From the NCBI GenBank assembly GCA_964016885.1, contig OZ024745.1, forward strand, positions 49,166,001 through 49,230,000: DNA of 64,000 nt, written 5' to 3'. This stretch comes from Eledone cirrhosa. Taxonomy: Eukaryota. Position 1 is the first letter of the stretch, and each line of letters starts with the position of its first letter. The notes under the pieces were generated by a model. The model was not told the DNA's origin. It saw only the letters and a list, made by a program, of their open reading frames with translations, and ran no database searches. Positions 1 through 15,882 of the stretch are shown here, in pieces. Both the position numbers and the translations under genes were made by a program.

Positions 1-299
1 TGATGCTATGGTGTAGATTGTAGTTGTGGTGTAAGCTGATGTTGTGGTGTAGGTATAGTGTAAGTGTAGGTTGAAATTGTCGTATAGGCTGTAATTATGG
101 TGTAGGTTGTAGTTGTAGTGAAGGTTGATGTTGTTGTGCTAGTTGCAGTAGTAGTATAGGTTGTAGTTGTGGTACATGCTGGTGTTTTGAAATTGGAGAG
201 AGGGAAAAACATTAGTAAATGTATCATAACATTGTATCATAACATATGTATGATAAAAATAAACGGAAGCAACAAAGCAAGCACCACAGTACAATGCAG

Positions 300-450
300 A
301 CATATATTAGTTTAACGCTTGATATAGTACGAAAAGAGTCTTTACATTTCGTACGCAAGTCCTTCATCAGAAGATAAAACGAAAAATAAAAGATGAAATT
401 GAAAGATAGAGAGTGAGAAGAGTAAGGTACGGAAAAACATTTTGAGAAAA
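300..450 (-). mobile_element. Short PLE-pLTR-like element with a decayed hammerhead (CTGATGAAGGACTTGCGTACGAAATGTA); related copy at 6480-6600 (+)
   Basis: The reverse complement aligns by eye to 6490-6600 (ctcactctctatctttc..atttcatcttt..tatcttc.ga.gaag.act.g.gt.cgaaa.gt...gtact.tatcaagcgtta). Confidence 0.6.
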
Positions 451-568
451 AGCACACACACATGCACGTGCGCACACACACATGCACGTGCGCACACACA
501 CGCGCACGCACACATACATATCCACACATTGATATGCATTTATATTCATATTGCTATATATACATGCA

Positions 569-623
<55 letters not shown>

Positions 624-1135
624 AGATATATATATATATATAACCAAGTGGTGATGTATTACTACTAGTGGCACCTGCTTGAGCACTCTACTCTTTTACG
701 TGAATTGAATATTCTGTGTTAAAAGTGTGTATTAACACCAATACCTGTTTAATATTTGCGTAGTATACAGAGTGTTTATATAAAGAATGAGAGATCGAAG
801 TTACAGTTTAACATATTATATTCACCATCACGGATGTCGCGTGTACACAAATGACCAGCTCGGAGCCTTAATCGATTAAAATCAACTTTGACCCTGAGAT
901 CGATTTGTTCAATGACGTGATTACAAATAAAATAGCGTTGAGAATATACCTCTGAGAAGGCTTGCTACATACAAGCCAACAAAACTAGGCGTCGTGGTCA
1001 GGTTTGTACCTTCCTTTATACTTACTCTGCACCTTCCCAAGCATTGAGTACTATCCTGATTTGTGGTCTCCCCGGTTTCGGGACCGTAGACTTTCATTAC
1101 ACCCCCCCCCATATATATATATATATATATATATA

Positions 1136-1217
1136 GGAAAAGAGTCAGGACACGAACAGTTCGGATCTAGCTGTCGAAACGGCTGGAGCTCAGCCGTCGG
1201 GGTCCTGACTATTTTCC
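1136..1217 (+). ncRNA. Full type I hammerhead fold with a deleted catalytic CUG (inactivated)
   Basis: Stem I AGTCAGGAC/GTCCTGACT (extended by GGAAAA/TTTTCC), stem II ACAGTT..AGCTGT, CGAAA, stem III CGGCTG/CAGCCG, then TC. The CUGANGA box survives only as ACGA. Confidence 0.72.
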
Positions 1218-2011
1218 TATTTCCCACTCTACTACCCTAAGTATTGAGTACTCTGGTGCGTTATGGTACACCCGGTATCTTATCACACCCTCTTTGTTAT
1301 ATATATATATATTTATTTATTTATTTATTTTGTTGGACCTCAGTCGATTCCGACGATGACTGTTCCAGTTGCTGAAATAGCCTACTCGTGAAATTAACGT
1401 GCAAGTGGTTGCACATCCCCCAAAACATATGTACCCTGCCGCCATACTGAGTATATCTATTCATTTTAATGTGTCTACTGTGTGGCTGCCTACTGCTTGG
1501 CTCTTTGTATGTATGTATGTATGTATGTATGTATGTATGTATGTATGTATGTATGTATGTATGTATGTCATACATATATCGGGTCACTCTCGAGTGCTAC
1601 TGGTAACATGTAACTCAGTACAACCTGTCGCATGGTCGGGTCGTCGGCGACTAAACCAGCAACCCCACCAAGTTTACTTGGTGAGGAGGGTGATTTTCGG
1701 ACACCCTGCAGGACAAAAAACAAAACTTGACAAAGGGCGGAAGAACTCATAAGAGTCAACGGCCATCGAAAAGTGTGTAAATATGTATATACTCATGCAC
1801 ATATGTATATGTATATATACATATGTATATGTATATATACATGGGTGCATGTGTATGTATATGCGCGGGGACATAGAAATAGTCAGGCTGGACACCCGAT
1901 CGCGCGGTTAAACCACTGGGAGTGAAGGACCCCTAGCTTTTGTCAGGGCATTCTTCTAGGAGACGGCAACTCAGGAAACTGGGATAACTCCGATATAAAA
2001 CCTACGGCTCA

Positions 2012-2220
2012 GTAGTTACCGATGATGTTGATCTTTTCTTCTTTTCGGGTTATAGGTACTGTCGCTCAGAGAGTGGGATTGGCTCAGTGCACAGTCTTTC
2101 CTCACTTTAAAAAATATCTTCACGCACAGGCATTGCACGATAGAATTAATTAATAATTATCAATAATGCTGTATCGTGCAATGGCCATACTCGATAACGA
2201 AGGGGCAGCCATCATGTATG
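2012..2220. repeat. Dispersed repeat with an inverted copy at 54909-55115; part of a composite element duplicated at 1578-1770 and 2310-2485
   Basis: Near-identical reverse-complement match over about 200 bp, including the hairpin attgcacgata...tatcgtgcaat. Confidence 0.85.
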
Positions 2221-2613
2221 TATGTATTTGTGCATATATGTATGTTCTTCTGGTTTTATAATTTCACAAATTTTTACGTATGTATGTGTCTATGTATGTA
2301 TGTATGCATGTCAGGTCGCTCTTTAGTGTTACTGGTAACATGTAACCCAGTACAACCTGAGCACGGTCGGGTCGTCGGCGACTAAACCGGCAACCCCACC
2401 TAGCTTGCTTGGTGAGGAGGGTGATTTTGGAAAAACAAAACCTGTGAAAGGGCGGAGGAACTCTAGAGTGTCAACGGCCATCCAATAAAGTTTTTGTTTT
2501 GTGGAGCGAAAGACTCCTAGTCTTCATTAAGACATCTCTCTAGAAGAAGGTCACTCTGACATAAAACCTGCGACTTCATTTGCATCCAATGATTATATCA
2601 GTTCTTCTTGGGT

Positions 2614-3230
2614 AGAGAGTGGGATTGGCCCCGTGATTTGATGTTCAGAGAGTGGGATTGGTCCCGTGATTTGATGTTCAGAGAGTGGGATTGGCCCCGT
2701 GATTTGATGTTCAGAGAGTGGGATTGGCCCCGTGATTTGATGTTCAGAGAGTGGGATTGGTCCCGTGATTTGATGTTCAGAGAGTGGGATTGGCCCCGTG
2801 ATTTGATGTTCAGAGAGTGGGATTGGTCCCGTGATTTGATGTTCAGAGAGTGGGATTGGTCCCGTGATTTGATGTTCAGAGAGTGGGATTGGCCCCGTGA
2901 TTTGATGTTCAGAGAATGGGATTGGCCCCGTGATTTGATGTTCAGAGAGTGGGATTGGTCCCGTGATTTGATGTTCAGAGAGTGGGATTGGCCCCGTGAT
3001 TTGATGTTCAGAGAGTGGGATTGACCCCGTGATTTGATATTCAGAGAATCGGATTGGCCCCGTGATTTGATGTTCAGAGAGTGGGATTGGTCCCGTGATT
3101 TGATGTTCAGAGAGTGGGATTGGCCCCGTGATTTGATGTTCAGAGAGTGGGATTGACCCCGTGATTTGATGTTCAGAGAGTGGGATTGACCCCGTGATTT
3201 GATGTTCAGAGAGTGGGATTGACCCCGTGA
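2614..3230. repeat. 33-bp minisatellite (agagagtgggattggccccgtgatttgatgttc), about 18-19 copies
   Basis: Direct inspection; explains ORFs 2593-3306, 2598-3245 and 2608-3024. Confidence 0.97.
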
Positions 3231-3654
3231 AAAGCGTTTCCTCACTTAAAAAAGCATCAAGCACTGGCATCGCTTGATATGTGACATTTTTTGCGATGTA
3301 TGTCATTGCTGGCCTTAGGCAAGGACTATAAAGCCACGTCCGTGATGTTCATGCTTAAATAAAAAGTGATGGCATTACTCGAAACCGAGTTGCAGCCGTC
3401 ATGTATGTATGCATTTTTTTCTTTGACATTTATTTAAGTTTGTCGCAGATGTTTAGCTGGTCACTATGAAAGAGGCCAAGTCAGTTCTAGAGATGTGAGT
3501 GAATTAGTTTGTGTACATACGTGTGACTGAAGTTGCATATTATGAGTGTGCATGTGTCTTGTTACATTGTATGTATGTAGGTATGTATGTGTGAATGCCA
3601 TTTAAATGTATATGATTGTGTTCATATATTTATCCCAGGAAATTCTAAAGGAGA

Positions 3655-4330
<676 letters not shown>

Positions 4331-5767
4331 ACATGTATGTATGTATTCACGTATTTTTCAAGCACCACGGTTTTAATAAATTGTATCAACCAATAAATCT
4401 AGAACCCTTTTTTTCTATAATAAGTAAACAAAAGCTGAAGAAAACTTGTTCATAGTGTACCTTTAAGGTTGACTTAGTTACTTGGGGCGCCATTCGAAGC
4501 AGTCTCGTGGTAAGTAAGTCTCTATGTAGAGACCTAAACCGTTGATGTTGGTGTACACATGAGGACAACTCCGACTTACTTCTTCTAATCCTCACCACGC
4601 AATGTGTTATTAATATTACCTCTTTTTTTTCGACAGCCAATCCAGCTCACTGTCTGTCATTCAGCTCTCGTCTTTTGTTTTCGTTTCTTTCTTATTAAGG
4701 GATGTGCACTCATAAGTGCGCGTGTGTGTATGTCATGTGTGTGTGTGTGTGTCCGTGTGTGCATGCGTGTATGTGTGTACATGTTTGCCTGTGTATGTAT
4801 GTCTGAATGTGTGAATTTGTGTGTGTGTGTGTGTGTGTGTGCGTGTGCGTGTGTGTGTGTGTGCATATATGCACCTGTTTATTAATTCTAACATTCCCCA
4901 TCCGATATACATACACGTGCGGACACTTTATCCCCCTTCACCCTTCCCCCAATAAGTTAATTTTTACACAAACAATACACCACAATACACCATTCAGACC
5001 ATCTTTATAGAGAAGTTTCTTTTTTTTTGCTTTCAGTTTAACAAACATTCCTGCTATACAGATAGATATACAGTCTGAATAGTCTTATTTTCCTTATGAA
5101 ATATATATAGCCAATTTAATATCAACTAATTACTTCCCTCTCTGCCTATCTTTCAATTGTTAATTCTTTTTGTCTCTAAAATGTCCTATTATTCATAAAA
5201 TAATCTAAAACGCACTCCACCTCTCTTTCTCCCCATTTGTCATTAATTTAAGTTAACTGTATTATTTAACAACAAAGTTAAAACAATATGTTGCTAAGAC
5301 TTGCTCCTACAATGGTAGGGTATATAACAAACTTCCATTTAATAATGTATGAAAGACTTGTATAAAAGGTATATCATGTTATTATTTTCATAAAAATCGC
5401 TACTAGTTGTTATTTATGCTGGAATTGTTTTTCTCCAAACACCAGTAATGTTTTTACAACCATAACATTAATTGGAATGGTTGTGTTTTGTTGTGATGTC
5501 ATATGTTCAAAAGTTAGTCGTAGTAATTTTATAGATAATCATCACAATAAATGGAAATTTTAAATAATATAAGAATTACTATAGTCGGTAATTATTTATT
5601 TTCATATTGGTAAAACATGTACTTAGTATGCATTATTGAGAAAATTATGTATTATTAATGTATGTAGTTCGTGAGAACATCAATTGAAATAATCTAGCCG
5701 TGTTTTTAGGCAATTGTTTTAAAGACAATTGTGAAAATATATTCCACTTTTCCGCGCTACATTAATA

Positions 5768-6140
5768 ACAAGTTTTCGCTCCATTGGAGTATGGTATGGA
5801 TTTTTCCGTATCCTCCATTTTATGGAGAATTCTGTGCCGTTTTCACTGAGGTTTGCGAGCTGAGTGGTATGCTTCTTGTCAGATTGTCTGAAGGTCCTTT
5901 CGTGGTTCAGGAACCAGCTTTTGAAACGTTTAGGCTTCTGTTATGTGGTTCTGGTTGGTGGACGTAACTTCTGCTTCATATATTACCCCCGGAGTGTTGC
6001 ACTGTTGGTTGAGGGGTTTTGCGTTTATTAGTAATGCGAGATTTCATAGTTTTAGTGCACGAGTAGCCTATTTTTTACTGTGTGGTGGTTAAAAATCTGC
6101 CAGTATTTATTATGTATTAAGTTCTTTTCGAAAAGACGGT
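5768..6140 (-). mobile_element. Decayed Penelope-like element (Naiad-type) linker and GIY-YIG remnant
   Basis: Frameshifted minus-strand reading IFNHHTVKI.YSC...PLNQQCNTPGVIYEAEV...FKSWFLNHERTFR...TQL...SIKWRI...PYSNGAKTC. Confidence 0.8.
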
Positions 6141-6614
6141 TTCGGTTGGACGAAAAGTTTCGATATAAATTCTTATTATGTGCCATATCTTTCTGCACAC
6201 AAGTTACCCCCTTTGTCTTGTTAGAATTATCTCCCATAATTATTTAATTAATTGAGATTTTTTAGAGTTCTCTGCCTTAGAACTCTCCTATACCACCAAG
6301 AATCTCCCGAAAGTGCTACATCAGAATATGGCAGACCGAATGAGTTGAATTTAAACCTAACGAAACTTAAGTATTTGTATATGCCACTATTGTAACTGAT
6401 TATATATATCTATGTATATATTTTCTTTCTCCAAAATAACTGAAAATACGTATTTTTTCGGAAAAAAACAAAACATTTTTGTGTTCCTTCCTCTCACTCT
6501 CTATCTTTCTATTTCATCTTTTATTTCTCATTCTATCTTCAGAGGAAGTACTAGTGTCCGAAACGTTAATACTCATTTTGTACTGTATCAAGCGTTATAA
6601 CAATATATTTATTC

Positions 6615-6752
<138 letters not shown>

Positions 6753-6753
6753 G

Positions 6754-6843
<90 letters not shown>

Positions 6844-7180
6844 CGTATATATATGTATATATATACAATATTAAATAAATGGAAAACTATATTTATAAAA
6901 CCATATTTATTTCATTATATATATTTCGGGGATATCATATTAACAATATGCTATGCCTTCATCAGACAAAATACAATATAAACAGTTTTATAGATAAATA
7001 TATTCGACATACCGTAATAAACATCAACTTCATTTGAAGAGGTTTACGCTAGTTTTCCATTATTTAATATTGTAAATATACTCCAAATATTTGTCGAGTG
7101 CTTTTATATCAGTTATAAATATTTACTAGTTGTAATCCAACAATTTTAAATATAACTTTACATGTATATATATATATATA

Positions 7181-9010
7181 TGTTTTGTTCCCGTATAAAT
7201 TTGCACTATATATATAGTGCAAATTTATACGGGAACAAAACAGAGAGGCAGACAAATAAAGGTTTATTAGGTTCACGCTTTTTGAGTGGGGGGGGGGGGG
7301 GGGGGGGGGGGGGGGTAACGGACGGACGACGTTTCGGGCATAAGCCCTTCTTCAGGAGTAAATAGGTTAGGAAGAGAGTTCAGAGGGTGTGTGGAAATAC
7401 ATTTAGAAAAAAGGGGGAAGGAGAACAAATAAAAATAAAAATAAAAATAAACGTAAAAATAAACATAAGAATAAACAATAAGATGGACAGGTGGTGGAAG
7501 AGTGTGAGGCGTGTAAGGGTGGTGGCGGGTGGAGTTGGGAGACGGAGGCGGGGGGTCGAAGCGGGGAAGGCTGAAGGTGGTGTTTGTGTATGTGTGTAGG
7601 TGTACGTGAGTGTGTGTGCGTGTGTATGTGAGAGTTTGAGGAAGAACGAAGTTCCATGTTCAGGAAAAGGTGTGTGCGTGGGGTGGGGTGTAAGTTGGTG
7701 TGTGCGTGCGTATGGAAGGAGAGGGGTCAGGGTGGGGGAGGTGGCGTGTGGATTCCAGTGGGTGTGTGCGTGTTAGGGGGAGGGGTGGGGATGTTAATAT
7801 AGTTAGTTGGGGGAGGGCCGAGGTGTGGGTTGGGGGTGTTAGTATGTTAGTTGTGGGATGGGCCAAGGGGGGGGGATGAAAGGGGAAGTATGTTAGAGGT
7901 GTTAGTGGGGAATGGGTGGGCCGTCGAAGGCTAGGGTGGGGGGGGGGGGGCACGAGGGTGAAGATGGTGTGTTGTTCGACCGTGAGGCGGGTGGCGGGTG
8001 TTCCATGGCATTGGAGTAGGCCACAGACTGTGAGGTGGTGGGCGGAATGTCCAGAGGAGCGAAAGTGGCGGGCGATCGGGGAACCCCCGTCGAGGCGAAT
8101 ATCCCGGAGGTGTTCCGTGAAACGGTCCGCCAGGCGACGTCCAGTCTGTCCGACGTAGGTGGTGCTGCACTCCGTGCAGCGAAGTCCATAGACTAGGTTG
8201 GAGGAGGTGCAGCGGAAGGCGTGCCGAACAGAGAGAGAGAGAGTGGCCGTTGGGACCATGGGAGGTGGTGGTGTTGGTGATGTGGGGGCAGGTGTGGCAA
8301 CGGGGCCTGGAGCAGGGAAGTGAACGGGGGTGGAAGAAGAGCGTTGATTGGGGGGTAGGGAGCTGTGGACAAGGAGGGTGCGGAGATTGCGTGTGCGTTT
8401 GAAGGAGGGGAGGGTGGGGAGAGGAAGATGAGGGAAGTGGAGGGGTCGGACTGGAGGCGTCGGAAGAGGCGGAGGATGGTGCGGTGGAGGAGTAGGGTTG
8501 AGGGGTGGTAGGTGATGGGGAAGGTGAGACGGTGGGTGGGTGTGCGGTGGCGAGGGGTGAGGGCTGTGGAGCGGTGGACAGCACGGGCGCGAGTGAGGGC
8601 GGTGTGGACGAGAGAGGGGGTAACCTCGCTGGATGAAATGGCTGACTAGGGAAAGGGCTTGGGACTCAAAGTCAGCACCTCGGCTGCAGAGGCGGCGGAT
8701 CCTGAGGAGTTGGGAGTAGGGAATAGAGTGTTTAGTGTGTGTGGGGTGGGAGGAGGTGAAGTCGAGGTAGGAGTGGGAGTCGGTGGGTTTGAAGAAGGCG
8801 GAGGTGACGAGGGAGCGGTGGGAGGGGTCGATAGCGATGGAGAAGTCTAAGAAGTGGACGTGGGTGGTGGAGATAGAGGTGGTGAAGTGGAGGCAGGGGT
8901 GGAAGGAGAAGAAGAAGGAGAGAAAGGAGTCGAGCTGTTCTCGGGTGAGGGTCGTGGCTCCGATACAGTCGTCGATGTAACGACCCTATAGTTCGGGCGT
9001 GGGGCCGGTA
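7181..9010 (-). mobile_element. 5'-truncated, decayed Penelope-like retroelement (Neptune-type): RT C-half, Cys linker, GIY-YIG endonuclease and 3' pLTR with hammerhead motif
   Basis: Minus strand reads GRYIDDCIG...FHPCLHFT...VHFLD...FKPTDSHSYLDFTSSHP...SIPYSQLLRIRRLCS (8600-9000), CSRPRCHTCPHI, and CTSSNLVYGLRCTECSTTYVGQTGRRLADRFTEH...IARHF...H (7950-8310). Stops and frameshifts are present; TA runs flank both ends. Confidence 0.92.
7328..7355 (-). ncRNA. Minimal hammerhead ribozyme motif in the PLE pLTR
   Basis: Reverse complement CUGAAGA-A-GGGC-UUAU-GCCC-GAAA-CG-UC; stem II is perfect, stem I is weak; AATAAA lies about 60 nt downstream. Confidence 0.8.
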
Positions 9011-11685
9011 TATATATAGGCTATATATAGAGTATATAGGCTGAAAGATGAGAAAGAGATACCTTCTTTATATGGAAGACATAATGGATACTAATTTAGG
9101 CAAAAGGCTAGTAGTTCTTTGAGGGAAGCGGCAAGTCGATTATATCGTCCCTAGTACATGACTGGTATTTTATTTTATAGACCACAAAAGTATCAAAGGG
9201 GAATTTGACCTTGGCGGGATGCATGTCTGAAATAATATTAGATAAGTTTTAGGAGCCCAAAATATAATAAGTAGACGTTTTATGTAATTTTTCTCAATAT
9301 TTTGGGATGGTTATGCACAAAAATAAGGAAAGTGTATTGTGCAGGTGAAAGAAATTCACCAAATAATCTTATTGAATATCGATACTTATTTGCTCAAAAT
9401 GCATCACTATGTGAGGTAATATAAAACCTATGCAATAAAATGGCTGTAGCCTGATGGCATCCTTCGCTCCCATACCTGTAATTGGAGTGGGTTGGTTGTT
9501 GTTTAACCGGGAGGGCTAGGGGTATGGTTTTGAAGGATTGAAGGACGTGTTTGAATTTAATCTATGCTGATGCAGTAGCAGTGGAAAGGGCAAAGTGAGG
9601 AGAGATGGCGATGCTTGTATTGTTGTTGGTGATGATAGAGGTAGTTGCAGTGGTAGTGATGAGTGTGGTGATGGTGATGGCGATGGGTGTTGTTATGACT
9701 GTGGATGAGGTTATTGTCGGGATTATGTTGGTAGTTGTTTCGGGGATACTCGTCGCGGTTGTGATGGTAATTTGTTAGTTTTTGTCGTGATGATGATGTT
9801 TGTGATGGTGGTGGTTGTTGTGGTGGTGGTAGTGATGCTGTTGGTGGTGGTATTTGTTTATGCTGGTGTTTGTGATTGTGTTGTTCTTGGTGGCTTAGGT
9901 AGTGGTGGTGGTATTTATGATGGTGGTGTTTATGATGGTGGTATATGTAGTGGTGGTTGTGGTTATGGTTGTAACGTGACTGTGTTAGTTGTTGTGGTGG
10001 TAGTGATGTGGACCATTGTGATGGTGTTGATGGGATGCTAAACTGTAATTAGAAAAGCAGATCTAATTATCACATGGCTCTCAACAACAAAAGCCATAAT
10101 TCTATGTTAGTAGTTTTGCACTTTACCACCAATCCGCCTTTCACCTTATTATTGCTCTAAATACTTGACGTGTCTCAGTCCCCTGACCCTCCTTCTCCTT
10201 CCCATTCAATTCATCTTTATTATCTTCATCATATTATTATTATCGTCGTTGTCGTTGTCATCATCATCGTTGTCATTATCGTGGTTGTACTCGACAATAT
10301 CGTCATCGTTAACAACACTAACAACACTAGCAACAGGAGTAGCAGCAAGAACAGTAATAGAATTAGCTACAGCAATACTGACAATATCACTTTAAATGAT
10401 ATTAATAATATTAATTTAAAAAAAGAGGAGGAAAAATGCGAGAAAACAAGTCTAATCAGAAATCAAAATGGCGACAAAATATAATTTTGTAAGTCATGTG
10501 ATCTCCTAATACCAGTTTCTCATACATAATCTCCAGCATACGTACGCTTACATACATACATACTTCTGTATATATATCTATATATATATATATATACGTA
10601 CATACGACATATATACGTACGTACACACACACATACATACATGTACACATACAATACTTACGTACAAATGTACGTAAAACATATATACGTACGTACATAA
10701 CACATATATAGCACGTACACACACCACACCCACACACATACCACACGCGCACACACACAGAGTCTAAGAGAGCGATCAGCTAGACCAAGGTTAATCCTAT
10801 ATCAGGGTCACTATTTATCCAGTGAACAAAAGAAGCAGGTAATAACCTGATTATCATTGCCAACAACAACAAATAAAAAAAATAAAAAAATCAACTAATT
10901 TTATACAATCTTCACACATCTTACTGCTGGGAGAAAATGAAGTCTTATCCACCGTGTATCTATTATCATGAGGAATTATATCATTAGAAAGTAGAACAAG
11001 AAAAACGGAAAAAAACAAAAACAAAAAGAAAAGTCTCTTCACAAAGTTATGCCTTATGTTATTATTTTCGATGTTCTCCTCCTCCAGAAATATCCAACTA
11101 TAACCTCAAACCGTGTTTCATTGAGTAGATAACGCCACCCCTTTTACTTGTAAATATTCATCATGAACGACTGTATCTACAGACTAATATTTCTAATTTT
11201 TGTATTATTTTTCTTTTACCTTGGATATCGACAAACACTGCCATCTCGTGGAATAAATAGGTACGTATACACGTGCATGAGTACATAAATTGTCAAATTT
11301 ATTCTTTATTCTTTATTCTTATTCAACATAATATCATATTACATGAATCTTAAGAGGTTTATACCTTTAGCAATGGTTTCATTGATATATTTATCTTTGC
11401 AACAACTTCTCTAATCCCCGCCCCCCCCCCCGCCTTTTTGGCCGCAACTAGTTTATAAATTAAAAAATAGTGAAATCTTTATTGCAAATATAATTATCCA
11501 AAACTATGAATACATGTACAAACACACACTTCACATACACATACACACACACATATATATATATATATATTGGCACCGTTGTGTATCTTGGCATTTAAAC
11601 CCAACGAAACCCATCACTCTCCTATTTCTTCCAGAAAGAGAGAAAGAGAGAGAGAGAGAGGAAGAGAGAGAGAAAGAGAAATGAA

Positions 11686-11751
<66 letters not shown>

Positions 11752-14333
11752 TGAGAGAGAAAGAGAGAGAAAAAGAATTTACCCCAGTACTAGATATGTA
11801 CTTTATTTATCGACCTTGAAAGGATGAAAGGCAAAGTTAGCTTCAGCAAGATTTGAAGACAGAGCGCTGAGCACCGGAACAAATATCGCAAAACATTCTG
11901 TTGGACGTGCTAACGGTTGAGCTAATTCGCCATCTTCACTCTTAAAATGACGTTACCCTTAATGATTCTGTCGATCTAGTAGTAATTAGTATATGCCCTA
12001 GAGAGATAGAGTTCACAGTTGAAAAGGAGCTGTATAATTGCTGTGTGTTTAATTAGCTTTCTCTCACCAACTCAAACACATCCTCGGACTACTTGGTAAC
12101 TATTATAGGCAAGCCCTCTATGGTTAGAGCTTTGGTGATCAGCGTTTACAGTTAAATTACAATATCTGGGCATAACTATTCCAATACGTTTACGAAATTT
12201 ACCTTATTTTACCCATTTCAAACTTTATTGTAAAGAAACTAAGAGGAAAACTACTTCTTAAAGTCCCGATGACACTCTTGCAATTTGCTATTAGCAGAAA
12301 TCTGTCTTATAACACTGTTATACAGAAGAAACATAAAGGTAATTGATTTATCTTGCGCTCTTCCCATTTCCAATTCATCACTTACATATTGTAAACTATT
12401 AATGATCCTTTATTATGGTACTTATTTGATAACTGTTTATTGTAGAATACTTCCAATAGCTTGAGAATTCACGTTCAGCTTTGCTTTCTTCCGTGTAAGT
12501 TGACGCATAGTTTGTTACAACGAGAGTAGTCGAAAAAATAAAAAAAACAATTTGAAATAGGGTAGTTATTTATTTATTTATTTATTTCATCAAATTAAAC
12601 GTCCGTGCAGAGCTAGTAAGCCATGTAAAACTAGGAGAGCTAAATAATACCGCTTATAATTAAGAAACAATAACAACAGAGAGAAAGAAAGAGGGAGAGT
12701 GTGTGTGAGATAGATAGATAGATAGAGAGAGAGAGAGGCGAAGAAAGAAAATGAAAGAAAATTAAGCAAAATAAGCAAAAATAAAAAAAAAGGTGTAAAA
12801 TAAAGACAACTATAGAATAGCTGTATGTTTCTGTTGTTCAATCGTTTCGTAGCCTCCATGTATCCTTCTGTGTAACAAAACGGCTGTTACGATGTTGTCG
12901 TTCTCATATCGATGGTATGGGGTGTGGAAACTGTTTACCTCTGACTTCAAATATCTTGGTGACAAATATCTTGATGACAAACTTACCATAATATCAACTA
13001 CTCCTGAAAACATATGTCCATTGGAATGTTGATAACAGGAGCACAGAAATGAAGGTTGTCATGCAAGTGTTATAGAGACAGATTGAAAGACAAAAGGAAA
13101 TAGTGTGTAATGCCAAGCACACTAAAACAATCTCTAGTGGTTTATTCTTATAGCTGAAAGAACACTACTGATAAATATAGAAACAAATCCCAAATATATG
13201 TGTCAATAGTAAACTTCCTGTGCATTGTATATTCCCGATATAGCAGGTTCAGATAGTCATAACTGCACAGTAACTTCAAATTAATAGAATATAAGTAATA
13301 TTATATAATCAAAACTATAACTCGACTACTTCAGTGGATCATTGTTTTTCTGTATAAATTTTTTTAAAAATAAACGATCGTAAAAACTTACTCGAATTTG
13401 TTTAGTTATAATTACAAAATAAACCCAAGATCGGTCCTATAAGAATAAATTGAGGTGATCCATGTTTGTTTTGTAGGGGGCCTTCTGACGAGTTAGTTGT
13501 CAGGAGTTCTTAGTTTAGTTGTTCTTCAATAAAGAAATTTACTGAATAAAGTAACATCAATATATCCCTATATTGAACTTCTAATACTCCTATATTAATT
13601 TCTTATGATTTATTTATATACATATATAATATATAGTATATACTCGTGCATATATATATATTTTAAGTTCTTAACAGAATATTAGTGAGAAGGATTTTGC
13701 TTTGTTTAAGTCAAGATTGCTCCAGGCTATTGTTTGTTTGTATGAATTGGAATGTTTTATGAATCTTCTCTGTAACACGAATCCATTGAATGTAGAGAGT
13801 GAGTGTTAGTGTTTTCTATTCTCTTTCTTTACTTTAGATAAGACCTTCACATTCACTGGAAATATGGCCACTAAAACAGTGCATGTTTTCTGTTCCGAGG
13901 CAAAGGGAATATCAGAATTGTTATATTTGCAGTGGGTTCGAGTTTTCCTTTTAATGCTCCAACTTTATGTTCTTTATTTTTGGAAAAACAATACTATATT
14001 GCATTGCAATAGAGTATTTCCTCCCCAAAATATGTCTCATCAGAAAGTAGAACATTTCAACCATTTTTATTCAGCTGCAGGTGATGGAAGTGATATATTC
14101 AATAATATGTACCAGAGTATGGTGGTTGAGAGACATCCGTATATTATTTGTTGGTCAATTATATGCTATATCTCCATTTCATGAATAGTGAAGGAGCAAC
14201 GTTGTTCGTGAGATGTAAATGTGGCTATCACAAACCCAAGAGAGACCACTCTTTCCCTCATTGTAACTGTCATTGTTCAGCTAGCTGGACACACACACAC
14301 AGAGGATATACATACATAAATACATAAATACAT

Positions 14334-15612
<1,279 letters not shown>

Positions 15613-15843
15613 AGGAAAGATAAAAAGGGGGAGGGGGCAGGAAGAAAGGGGGGAAAGGGGGAGTAGCGGAGGTAGCGGAGGAAGGGGATGAGAGAGAGTA
15701 GAGGGGGAAGGGGAAGTGAGGGAATAGAGGGGTAAGGGGAGGAAGGGGTGGGTGGGTATTGGTGAGGTAGAGGAGGAAGAGGAAGGGGAGGAATTGGATG
15801 ATGAGGAGGAGAGGAACATATATATATATATATCAGTATGTGG

Positions 15844-15880
<37 letters not shown>

Positions 15881-15882
<2 letters not shown>

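Noticed and set aside
2593-3306. 237-aa ORF with GPIPLSEHQIT repeats (superficially LRR-like)
   Set aside because: Product of a 33-bp minisatellite within a dispersed repeat; several frames are open; no gene context
12262-12310. ccgatga...gaaatctgtc HHR-like string; also 46130-46165 and 47090-47120
   Set aside because: Core or stems too degenerate to distinguish from chance
12810-13100. Possible minus-strand exon with a gtaagt donor near 12985
   Set aside because: No recognisable protein motif or consistent gene model
13846-14270. 106-aa ORF after an acceptor-like tttag
   Set aside because: No recognisable homology and no partner exons could be linked
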